This document shows, in pieces, positions 17,733 through 26,562 of a DNA stretch of 64,000 nt. Both the position numbers and the translations under genes were made by a program. Each line of letters starts with the position of its first letter. Within the stretch, counting starts at the first letter, position 1. The notes under the pieces were generated by a model. The model saw only the letters and a program-made list of their open reading frames with translations. It was not told the DNA's origin and did not search any database. Source of the stretch: Cellvibrio sp. GTDB taxonomy: Bacteria; Pseudomonadota; Gammaproteobacteria; Pseudomonadales; Cellvibrionaceae. The stretch covers positions 8,875 to 72,874 of the forward strand of contig JADJRD010000006.1 in NCBI GenBank assembly GCA_016712405.1, written 5' to 3'.

Positions 17733-19076
17733 ATGTCAACCATCTTCACTGAATGGAAAATTCTCACCCGGATGGGCGCCCCCATTTTGCTTGCGCAATT
17801 AGCACAAATGGCAAATGGCGTTATCGATACGATTATGGCAGGACATGCTAGCGCCAAAGATTTAGCAGGTGTTGGCATAGGCTCTAGCATTTGGATTCCG
17901 GTACTTTTCTTTTTTGCAGGCATCTTAAGTGCGCTTCAACCCAATATTTCTGAATTCAAAGGCGCCAATAAACTCACTCTGATTATGCCTTGTTTATGGC
18001 AAGGAATTTATATTGCTATTGTCAGTAGTTTGTTGATGATAATTATTCTGGTGAATATAGATCCCATTTTGGTTTTATTGAAATTAGATACTGAAACCTT
18101 TGCGATTGCTCAGGGTTATTTAGTTGCGTTTTCGTGGGGTGTACCGGCAATGCTGTTATTGCTCGCACTGCGAGGCTTAACGGATGGAATGGGATTTACC
18201 TCCATTTTTATGAGTTTTTCAATTCTGACCAGTCTTTTTAATTTGCCGCTCAATTATGCGTTTATTTATGGATTTGATTCTGGACTTTTCGAGATCCCCG
18301 CACTGGGCGGCATTGGTTGCGGTTGGGCAACCAGCCTGGCTAATTGGCTCGCGTTTTTATTATGTTTAATTTATTTACATTGGAATAGTGTCTTTCGGCA
18401 GTTCCACCTGTTTCATCAACGGACAAAACCTCATTGGCAAGAAATCAAAAAATTATTGCACTTAGGCTTACCAATCGGCACTGCAATTTTCGTAGAAGTC
18501 AGCATGTTTTGCATGATCGCTTTATTTTTAGCACCATTAGGTGCAACTACAGTGGCTGCGCATCAAATCGTATTAAATGCGACCTCAGTTTTATTTATGC
18601 TCGCATTAAGTTTAGGTATGGCACTCACCTTACGCATCAGTTATTTGATTGGCTCCGAACAACCACATATTGCGAGACAACTAGCGCGTAGCTCAATATT
18701 GCTCGCAATACTGATAGCCTGCTTTAATGTTCCCATATTGTTTTTCGGGCGCGATGTAATCGCAGCCACTTACACCAATGATGAAGTCGTAAAAGACATC
18801 GCTCGCCACTTAATTTTATTCGCCGCTATTTTTCAAATCGCCGATGTTGTTCAGGTCACTATGGTGCACGTTCTGCGTGGATTTAAAGACACAAAAATTC
18901 CCATGCTGATTATGATTTTAGCCTTTTGGGGAATTTGTTTGCCCTTGGGCTATTCACTCACCTTTACCGATTGGATTATTCCAGCTACCGGCGCATCCGG
19001 TTTTTGGATTGCATTGATTGTAGGGTTAAGTTGTGCGGCTTGTTTGTTGACTTGGCGCGTGATGAAGAGAGCTTAA
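17733..19076 (+). CDS. norM: MATE efflux transporter (NorM/MdtK-like)
   Basis: PILLAQLAQM...DTIMAG, LRGLTDGMG, AAHQIVLN, 12 TM helices. Confidence 0.85.
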   Translation: MSTIFTEWKILTRMGAPILLAQLAQMANGVIDTIMAGHASAKDLAGVGIGSSIWIPVLFFFAGILSALQPNISEFKGANKLTLIMPCLWQGIYIAIVSSLLMIIILVNIDPILVLLKLDTETFAIAQGYLVAFSWGVPAMLLLLALRGLTDGMGFTSIFMSFSILTSLFNLPLNYAFIYGFDSGLFEIPALGGIGCGWATSLANWLAFLLCLIYLHWNSVFRQFHLFHQRTKPHWQEIKKLLHLGLPIGTAIFVEVSMFCMIALFLAPLGATTVAAHQIVLNATSVLFMLALSLGMALTLRISYLIGSEQPHIARQLARSSILLAILIACFNVPILFFGRDVIAATYTNDEVVKDIARHLILFAAIFQIADVVQVTMVHVLRGFKDTKIPMLIMILAFWGICLPLGYSLTFTDWIIPATGASGFWIALIVGLSCAACLLTWRVMKRA

Positions 19077-19089
19077 TTCGGAAAATATC

Positions 19090-19632
19090 ATGACCAATTC
19101 CATACCACTTTCGATCCTTATCGTTGATGACGACATTACCTTTGCACAAATGCTCAAGCGTGCACTGGATCGTCGTGGATTTATTTCGGAAACGGCCATG
19201 GATATTGCATCAGCCGAAAACCTTATGCAGAAAAATAATTTTACTAACGCTATTTTGGATTTAAAAATTGCGCAAGAATCAGGGTTAGTATTAATTTCAC
19301 GATTACGCGAAATTAATCAAGATGTAAAAATTATTATGCTGACAGGCTACTCCAGTATTTCAACCGCCGTAGACGCCATCAAACTTGGCGCCATCAATTA
19401 TTTTTGCAAACCGATTGAAGTCGATGATTTATTAAAAGCCTTCGACTCAACACCAGCCATCGAAACCACTCTCATTCCAAAAAGTCCGCCCAGTCTCGAC
19501 CGTATGGAGTGGGAATATATCCAAAAAACCCTGCAGGACTGTAACGGCAATATTTCTGCCGCTGCACGTGCATTAGGTGTACATAGAAGAACGTTGCAGA
19601 GGAAGTTGCAGAAGCGGCCCGTTAGGCAGTAA
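19090..19632 (+). CDS. regA: RegA/PrrA/RoxR response regulator
   Basis: VDDD, ILDLK, LTGYSSISTAVDAIKLGA, MEWEYIQ, NISAAARALGVHRRTLQRKL. Confidence 0.9.
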   Translation: MTNSIPLSILIVDDDITFAQMLKRALDRRGFISETAMDIASAENLMQKNNFTNAILDLKIAQESGLVLISRLREINQDVKIIMLTGYSSISTAVDAIKLGAINYFCKPIEVDDLLKAFDSTPAIETTLIPKSPPSLDRMEWEYIQKTLQDCNGNISAAARALGVHRRTLQRKLQKRPVRQ

Positions 19633-19641
19633 AAACAAACA

Positions 19642-19756
19642 AGACCCCACCCTAGCCCTCCCCTTGCCAGGGGAGGGAACAGATTTCACTTCGAATCAAA
19701 ATTAAGAAGGGAGTAAAGTCCCTCCCCCTGGCAAGGGGGAGGTTAGGAGGGGGTCT
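19642..19756. repeat. palindromic element (AGACCCCACCCTA...AGGAGGGGGTCT), two arms plus spacer
   Basis: Terminal inverted repeats; near-identical arms at 33317 and 36884; supplies the regB stop codon. Confidence 0.85.
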
Positions 19757-21011
19757 CCACAATCGGCAAATAAATAATCGTCACAGTCCCCTGCGGTTGA
19801 TTAGTTTGATGTGTCACTTCACCACCGAGGCGTTTGATACTCGCGTAAGTCAATAACATACCTATGCCCATACCATCGGATTTGGTGGTAATCATTTCTT
19901 TGCCGATTTGCGATTGAATTTGTTGCGTGAAGCCACTGCCCCAATCGGTAATTTTCCAGATAATGTTTTTTTCTTCTAGATAAATATCCACTGCAATTTT
20001 TTCGGGGCTGGCGTCAGCGGCATTGTTGAGGCAATTTAAAATGGCGTGATCCAGTCGGGAATCGTAGTGAATTTGGGCTTGTTGCAATTGGTTTGATAAG
20101 GTTTTGTTGCAAACTAAATTGGGGCGCATCAACTGCCATAGATCCAATAAATGCTGACAATATTCCAGCCCATTTTTTTCACGCAATTGAAATTGATAAT
20201 CTACGTCGGCGTCTTGCACCAGTTGTTTTAGTCTGGCTGCGCAGAGATCCACTTGTTGCGAGAGTAGCGTGATGTCCTGCATTAATGCATCATCCTGCAC
20301 GCGCGTTGCACGCAACTCGGACAACAAAATTTTCATAGTTGCCATAGGTGTGTTCATTTCATGGGCCGCACCCGCAGCCAATGTTGCCACTGCAATCAAT
20401 TGCTCGTCACGCAGTTCGTCTTCCCTCATTTGATTCAACAAATCTTCCTGCGCTCGTAAATCCTCAGCCATCCTCACGACAAAATAAGTGATCAACATGG
20501 CGCTGACAAAAAAGTTAAACCACATACCCAATATATGCCAATTAAATCCATTTGAGTGATGATCCATTTCAAAAACAGCTAAAGGTTGATAAAAAAACAT
20601 TAACAGGCTGTAACCAAGAATTGAGAAAAAAGTAATTAGAGAGGTGAACCGCCAAGATAAAGTCGCCGCTGAAATGCAAATCGGCACCAAAAGATAAGAC
20701 ACAAAAGGATTGGTCGCACCGCCACTAAAATAAAACAATAAATTCAGTAACAACACATCAATTAACAGCTGAATAAAAAATTCAATTTTGACAATCGCCA
20801 GCGGATTTTTTAATCGAAAACTCGTAAGTATATGAATCAGTGTAAATAAACTGAGCAAACTGATAATCGGCGTTAAAGCCAATTCAATTGCATACCAAAT
20901 GCTGGCAAACACACTGCTCCAAAGCAGTATCAATAATATGCTGCGGATGATGGTTAGTTGCTGCAGTTGTGCAGCGACTAAATTTGATGGGTTGTATTTT
21001 TGGGTTTGCAT
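19743..21011 (-). CDS. regB: RegB/PrrB/RoxS sensor histidine kinase
   Basis: GGATNPF quinone motif, H-box AAHEMNTP, downstream Cys (QVDLC), NNAADAS, GMGIG; start reassigned to ATG 21011. Confidence 0.9.
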   Translation of the reverse strand: MQTQKYNPSNLVAAQLQQLTIIRSILLILLWSSVFASIWYAIELALTPIISLLSLFTLIHILTSFRLKNPLAIVKIEFFIQLLIDVLLLNLLFYFSGGATNPFVSYLLVPICISAATLSWRFTSLITFFSILGYSLLMFFYQPLAVFEMDHHSNGFNWHILGMWFNFFVSAMLITYFVVRMAEDLRAQEDLLNQMREDELRDEQLIAVATLAAGAAHEMNTPMATMKILLSELRATRVQDDALMQDITLLSQQVDLCAARLKQLVQDADVDYQFQLREKNGLEYCQHLLDLWQLMRPNLVCNKTLSNQLQQAQIHYDSRLDHAILNCLNNAADASPEKIAVDIYLEEKNIIWKITDWGSGFTQQIQSQIGKEMITTKSDGMGIGMLLTYASIKRLGGEVTHQTNQPQGTVTIIYLPIVETPS

Positions 21012-21026
21012 AATTATCCGCAAATT

Positions 21027-21079
21027 TGTAGGGGCAGGCCTCGTGCCTGCCTGGGCGACCACAGGGGGCCGCCCCTACA
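21027..21079. repeat. GTAG-family REP doublet
   Basis: TGTAGGGGCAGGCCTCGTGCCTGCC...GGGCGACCACAGGGGGCCGCCCCTACA. Confidence 0.8.
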
Positions 21080-21094
21080 ACAATCGACACAAAC

Positions 21095-21123
21095 AAAAAA
21101 GCCAGCATTCTGCTGGCTTTTTT
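21095..21123. terminator. bidirectional intrinsic terminator after aceF
   Basis: AAAAAAGCCAGCA-ttc-TGCTGGCTTTTTT. Confidence 0.85.
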
Positions 21124-21139
21124 GAGTTAACAATTTCTA

Positions 21140-22732
21140 TCACAACAACAAACGACGTAAGTCACCGATCACCCCAACCAAATAGGTCATAAAGCGACCA
21201 GCGTCAGAACCGTTTACGGCACGATGATCATAAGACAAGGACAGTGGCAGCATATTGCGTGGAATAAACTCTTTACCGTTCCACACAGGTTTCATTTGTG
21301 CGCGTGATACGCCAAGAATTCCCACTTCAGTCGGTGCGCTCACCATTGGTGTGAATCCGTTGCCGCCCATTGCACCCAAGCTGGAAATGGTGAAGCAACC
21401 ACCTTGCATTTCTGCTGGAGTTAACTTGCCATCGCGAGCTTTTTTGGCCAGTGCATTAATTTCATCTGCCAATTCAAACAAACCTTTTTTATCGGCGTTG
21501 CGAACAACAGGTACCAACAAACCGTTTGGTGTATCCACTGCGATGCCGATGTGCACAAATTTTTTCTGCACAATGCTTTCGCCATCTTGATGCATAGAAA
21601 CATTGAATGAAGGTTCAGCAACCAATGCAGCCGCAACCGCTTTTACGATGAAAGGTAATGGCGTTAATTTGCTGCCGCGTTTTTCGGCTTCCGCTTTCAT
21701 GCTGTTACGGAAAGCTTCGAGATCGGTAATGTCGGCATCATCAAATTGCGTTATGCGAGGGACATTCAACCAACTGCGGGTCATTGCATCGGCAGTCAGT
21801 TTTTTGATTTTGCTCATTTTGACGATTTCGATTTCGCCAAACTTGGCGTAATCAATAACCGGCAAGGCAGGAATGCCTGAGCCCACAGCACCATTACCCG
21901 ATTGAACGGCTTGCACTATAGGTTTGACATAATTGTGCAAATCATCTTTTTGCACACGACCACGTGGGCCTGTGGCTTTCACTTTATCGAGATCAACACC
22001 TAACTGACGAGCGAGTTTGCGAACGGCTGGGCCAGCATAAACATCCGAGCCATCATCTTCTTCATCGTCGTCATCACTTGCAGCAACAGAGGTCGCAGCT
22101 GCAACAGGCGCGGTCGCAACAGCAGCAGCTTGTGCCGGTGCAGCGGTTTGCGTTGCAGCAACAGCAGGTGCAGCACCCGCAGCGGACACCACACCCAATA
22201 CAAAACCTTGCGAAACTTTATCGCCCACTTTTACGGACAAACTTAAAATTGTTCCAGAAACTTCTGCAGGAATTTCCATAGAAGCTTTGTCGGTTTCGAG
22301 AACAACAATTGAATCGCCGGAATTAATTTGGTCGCCCACTTTCACAGCAACTTCAATTACTTCAACGCCTTCAGCGCCACCAAGATCAGGCACAATTAAT
22401 TTAACTTCAGCAGAAGCAGATGGCGCTGCGGCAGGAGCCGGTGCAGCTACAGGAGCTGGCGCAGCTTCAGGCGTGGGTGCCGATGCAGTAGCTCCGGAAA
22501 CTTCCAAATCAATCAAGGCATCGCCTTGAGATACTTTATCGCCAATTTTAATTTTCAAGGCAGTGACTTTACCGCTGGCGTCAGCGGGAATTTCCATAGA
22601 GGCTTTGTCAGTTTCCAGCACAACAATACTGTCGCCTTCTGCGATGCTATCGCCGACTTTTACGGAAATCTCTATGACTTCAACGCCTTCTGCGCCGCCG
22701 AGGTCTGGTACTTTAATTGTTTGAATAGCCAC
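21140..22732 (-). CDS. aceF: pyruvate dehydrogenase E2, two lipoyl domains
   Basis: Two ETDKASMEIP motifs, E3-binding TGPRGRV, catalytic SYDHRAVNG. Confidence 0.95.
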   Translation of the reverse strand: MAIQTIKVPDLGGAEGVEVIEISVKVGDSIAEGDSIVVLETDKASMEIPADASGKVTALKIKIGDKVSQGDALIDLEVSGATASAPTPEAAPAPVAAPAPAAAPSASAEVKLIVPDLGGAEGVEVIEVAVKVGDQINSGDSIVVLETDKASMEIPAEVSGTILSLSVKVGDKVSQGFVLGVVSAAGAAPAVAATQTAAPAQAAAVATAPVAAATSVAASDDDDEEDDGSDVYAGPAVRKLARQLGVDLDKVKATGPRGRVQKDDLHNYVKPIVQAVQSGNGAVGSGIPALPVIDYAKFGEIEIVKMSKIKKLTADAMTRSWLNVPRITQFDDADITDLEAFRNSMKAEAEKRGSKLTPLPFIVKAVAAALVAEPSFNVSMHQDGESIVQKKFVHIGIAVDTPNGLLVPVVRNADKKGLFELADEINALAKKARDGKLTPAEMQGGCFTISSLGAMGGNGFTPMVSAPTEVGILGVSRAQMKPVWNGKEFIPRNMLPLSLSYDHRAVNGSDAGRFMTYLVGVIGDLRRLLL

Positions 22733-22842
22733 TGTGCTTCCTCTTAATTTCTATCAAAGGTTATTGATATGTTCAGGATGAACGCTATGCCGCGGGCGCA
22801 TGAATGCGCAGGAGCGGCTCATCACTGTGTCAATCAAAGTTT

Positions 22843-25494
22843 TTAAACGCTCATTGGATCCGCTTTATCCGGATCAATATTGAATTTCTTAATTGCTTTT
22901 GCAACCACATCCGCTTTGATCTTGCCTTGATCTGCCAAAGTTTTAAGCGTAGCGATCACAACAAAATAACGATTCACTTCAAAGAAATGACGCAATTGCG
23001 TGCGAGTATCCGAACGACCAAAACCTTCTGTACCCAATACGGTGTAATGACCAGGAACATAAGCACGCAATTGTTCGGAATATGTCTTCAAGTTATCGGT
23101 AGAAATAATGAATGGGCCTTCGGCTTTTTCCAATACTTCAGTGATATAAGGTTTACGTTGCGCAGCAGTTGGGTTCAACATATTCCAACGGGTTGCGCGC
23201 TGACCATCGCGAGTTAATTCATTCACGCTGGTCACACTCCATACGTCCGCCTCTACATCAAAATCTTTTCTCAAAATTTCAGCAGCAAAACGCACTTCGC
23301 GCAGAATGGTTCCGGCACCCATCAATTGAACGCGGTTCTTGGCTTTGCCCGTGCCTTTTTCAAGCTGATAAATACCTTTTATGATTCCGGCTTCAACACC
23401 TTCCGGCATATCAGGATGTTGATAAGCTTCGTTCATCAACGACACGTAATAAAACACGTTCTCATCGTCGTGATACATGCGCTTGATACCATCCTGAATG
23501 ATCACCGCTAATTCATAAGCGTAAGTGGGATCATAGGAACGACAGTTAGGAATGGTGTTGGCAAATACATGGCTATGGCCATCCTGATGCTGCAAACCTT
23601 CACCGTTCAATGTTGTACGACCAGCAGTAGCACCCAACAAGAAACCACGCGCTTGTGAGTCACCCGCTGCCCATGCCAAGTCACCGATACGTTGGAAACC
23701 AAACATGGAGTAATAAATGTAGAAAGGAATCATCGGCTTTTTGTAATTGCTGTAAGCCGTAGCGGCAGCAATCCAGGATGCCATGGCACCGGCTTCGTTA
23801 ATCCCCTCTTCGAGGATTTGACCCGTTGCGGATTCATAGTAAGACGCAATCTGACCATTATCATGCGGAGTATATTTTTGACCTTCCGATGAATAAATCC
23901 CAACAGTTTTAAACATACCTTCCATACCAAACGTACGAGCTTCGTCAGGTACGATGGGCACAATTTGTTTACCGATTTGTTTATCTTTCACCAGTGAAGA
24001 CAGAATGCGAACAAAACTCATGGTGGTAGAAATTTCACGATCACCGGTGGATTTCAGTTGCGCAGCAAAAGCATCCAGAGCAGGAACCAAAAGCGGATCA
24101 AATTGTGGATTGCGTGAAGGCAATGAGCCTTTCAACTCTTTGCGACGTGAGCGCATATATTGCATTTCAGGGCTGTCTTCCGCTGGGCGGTAATAAGGCA
24201 GCTTTTCTAGATCTTCATCTTTGATCGGCAACTCAAAACGATCACGGAATTTTTTCAGATCTTCAATCACCAAACTTTTCACTGAGTGAGTTTTGTTGAT
24301 AGCTTCACCTGAAGCACCCATGCCGTAACCTTTTACGGTTTGAGCAAGGATTACTGTGGGGCGACCTTTGGTGTTTACTGCTTGATGATAAGCGTTGTAC
24401 ACCTTGTGCGTATCATGACCGCCGCGAGCCAGATGTAATATGTCGTCGTCCGACATATCTTTCACCAGCTCAAGTAATTCGGGGTATTTGCCAAAGAAAT
24501 GCTCGCGCGTGTAAGCGCCACCATTGGCTTTAAAGTTTTGCATTTCACCGTCAACCACTTCATCCATGCGTTTTTGCAGAAGGCCGGTTTTGTCTTTTGC
24601 CAGCAGCGCATCCCAACCGCGACCCCACAATACTTTGATAACATTCCAACCAGCACCGCGGAATACACCTTCCAATTCCTGAACAATTTTGCTGTTGCCG
24701 CGCACAGGGCCGTCAAGACGTTGCAGGTTACAGTTGATCACGAAAATCAAATTATCGAGCTTTTCACGTGTTGCTAATGCAATTGCACCCAAGCTTTCAG
24801 GTTCATCGCACTCGCCGTCACCCAAAAATGCCCAGACTTTACGATCAGTTTTAGGGATCAAACCACGCGCTTCCATGTAACGGTTAAAGCGTGCTTGGTA
24901 AATGGATTTAATTGGACCCAAGCCCATGGATACAGTCGGGAACTGCCAGTAATCCGGCATCAACCAGGGGTGAGGATATGAAGACAAACCACCACCGTTC
25001 ACTTCACGGCGAAAATTATCCAAATGAGATTCGTTTAAACGGCCTTCAACAAAAGAACGGGCATACATACCGGGAGAAACGTGGCCTTGGAAATAAATCA
25101 AATCGCCGGGAACATCGCCATCATTACCGCGGAAGAAATGGTTAAAACCTACGTCATATAAAGTGGCGGATGATGCGAAAGAAGCAATGTGACCACCCAG
25201 ACCTTCATCGTTATCATTGGCTTTCATCACCATTGCCATGGCATTCCAACGGATGATGGAGCGAATTTTACGTTCCAGTTTGGCGTCACCAGGTGACTGA
25301 ATTTCCTGATCAACAGGAATGGTATTGATATAAGGAGTTTGAATGGAAGAAGGTTGGGCGATGCCTTGTTTAACGGCAGAGTCAGAAATTGTTTTTAACA
25401 GCTCGGCTGCACGTTCTTTACCAGCATGACGAACGACAGACTTAAGGGCATCCAGCCACTCTTTTGTTTCAATGGCATCAATATCGTGTTGCAT
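22843..25494 (-). CDS. aceE: pyruvate dehydrogenase E1, homodimeric type
   Basis: GGHIASFASSA, SSYPHPWLMP, GDGECDEPES, GEGLQHQDGHS. Confidence 0.95.
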   Translation of the reverse strand: MQHDIDAIETKEWLDALKSVVRHAGKERAAELLKTISDSAVKQGIAQPSSIQTPYINTIPVDQEIQSPGDAKLERKIRSIIRWNAMAMVMKANDNDEGLGGHIASFASSATLYDVGFNHFFRGNDGDVPGDLIYFQGHVSPGMYARSFVEGRLNESHLDNFRREVNGGGLSSYPHPWLMPDYWQFPTVSMGLGPIKSIYQARFNRYMEARGLIPKTDRKVWAFLGDGECDEPESLGAIALATREKLDNLIFVINCNLQRLDGPVRGNSKIVQELEGVFRGAGWNVIKVLWGRGWDALLAKDKTGLLQKRMDEVVDGEMQNFKANGGAYTREHFFGKYPELLELVKDMSDDDILHLARGGHDTHKVYNAYHQAVNTKGRPTVILAQTVKGYGMGASGEAINKTHSVKSLVIEDLKKFRDRFELPIKDEDLEKLPYYRPAEDSPEMQYMRSRRKELKGSLPSRNPQFDPLLVPALDAFAAQLKSTGDREISTTMSFVRILSSLVKDKQIGKQIVPIVPDEARTFGMEGMFKTVGIYSSEGQKYTPHDNGQIASYYESATGQILEEGINEAGAMASWIAAATAYSNYKKPMIPFYIYYSMFGFQRIGDLAWAAGDSQARGFLLGATAGRTTLNGEGLQHQDGHSHVFANTIPNCRSYDPTYAYELAVIIQDGIKRMYHDDENVFYYVSLMNEAYQHPDMPEGVEAGIIKGIYQLEKGTGKAKNRVQLMGAGTILREVRFAAEILRKDFDVEADVWSVTSVNELTRDGQRATRWNMLNPTAAQRKPYITEVLEKAEGPFIISTDNLKTYSEQLRAYVPGHYTVLGTEGFGRSDTRTQLRHFFEVNRYFVVIATLKTLADQGKIKADVVAKAIKKFNIDPDKADPMSV

Positions 25495-25978
25495 TCAAAT
25501 CTCCTCAGACATGCGCCTTGTGAGCACATTTCAACCTGAAAATGGGTTTGTGACGACAGTTACCAGTGAATTCACATTTAAAAAACACTGATAATTCATA
25601 GGGTTATAGCAGAAATTCCTTGTAGTGGATCAAAAAAAGTCCCGAATTCTTGCATAGCCAGAAGCTTTTTTCCAGCCCATAAGTGACTTAGTGGTCGACT
25701 CTCCTACAAATCCAATCCCGATTTAGAAGAATCTCCCGGTACCTGCGATGCTAATGAAGTACGACAGGCTTCGCATTATTACCCATCCTTTTCGGCAACT
25801 CCAAGTATTGACGAGTAAAAAACCTGATATTTTTCAATAACAAAGAAATAAACGCACCTTAAAAAAGCAAGTTAATTTTTTTGCTCGGTTTTGAAACCTT
25901 TTACCAGAAAATCCAGCCACAATTCCCATCCAGCTTCTTATAGAATGGCCAGCTTTCGAATATCGTGAAGACCGCACT

Positions 25979-26314
25979 ATGACCCTGATCAAGCAAATCA
26001 CCGAAAATCCAAACAGCATTGAATTCACTCAAGTGATTAATTATATCGATGCCCACTACCATTTCACTCCTACCGCTTTTCAAAATGGTGAGCTCTATAA
26101 TGCAGCCAATCAAAATAACGGTTCCTGCAAAATTTTTTCGTTTGCCAAATTACAACAACTCACTCCAGATCAAACCCTGCATTTATTCGGTGATTATTAC
26201 CGCAAGGATGTTTTGCAAAACCCTGATGCAACTGATCATCAAAATATTCGCAACTTTATAAAATTTGGTTGGCATGGTGTTAAGTTTGAGAGTGAGGCGT
26301 TAGTAACAAAATAA
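25979..26314 (+). CDS. HopJ-family protein
   Basis: NAANQNNGSCKIFSFA, FGDYYRKDVL, HQNIRNF. Confidence 0.8.
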   Translation: MTLIKQITENPNSIEFTQVINYIDAHYHFTPTAFQNGELYNAANQNNGSCKIFSFAKLQQLTPDQTLHLFGDYYRKDVLQNPDATDHQNIRNFIKFGWHGVKFESEALVTK

Positions 26315-26320
26315 ATCCCT

Positions 26321-26542
26321 CTACCTCAATTTTTCGATGGATTTAAATTTATGTAATTCATCAAAATGAATTTTAAATTGACCATAAATACCTTGATGTA
26401 ACACGTAGGGACGAAGTATATCAGCAGGAAATTTTACTTGTTTACCCTCTATGGATTGAGCAATCACCACTTTTGCACTGCCTTGATATATGCGCACAAA
26501 CTCATCTGCGGGGATTGCCAAATTAACGATTAACGAATTCAT
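26321..26542 (-). CDS. DUF2835 family protein
   Basis: YQGSAKVV...VKFPADILRPYVLHQGIYGQF. Confidence 0.75.
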   Translation of the reverse strand: MNSLIVNLAIPADEFVRIYQGSAKVVIAQSIEGKQVKFPADILRPYVLHQGIYGQFKIHFDELHKFKSIEKLR

Positions 26543-26562
26543 TTCAATAAACTGACGAGTGA

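Noticed and set aside
22280-22730. Internal duplication in aceF
   Set aside because: These are the normal tandem lipoyl domains
25620-25709. TTGTAG...CTACAA as a HexR/RccR-type operator for aceE
   Set aside because: The half-sites are 78 nt apart and short enough to occur by chance; not supportable without alignment
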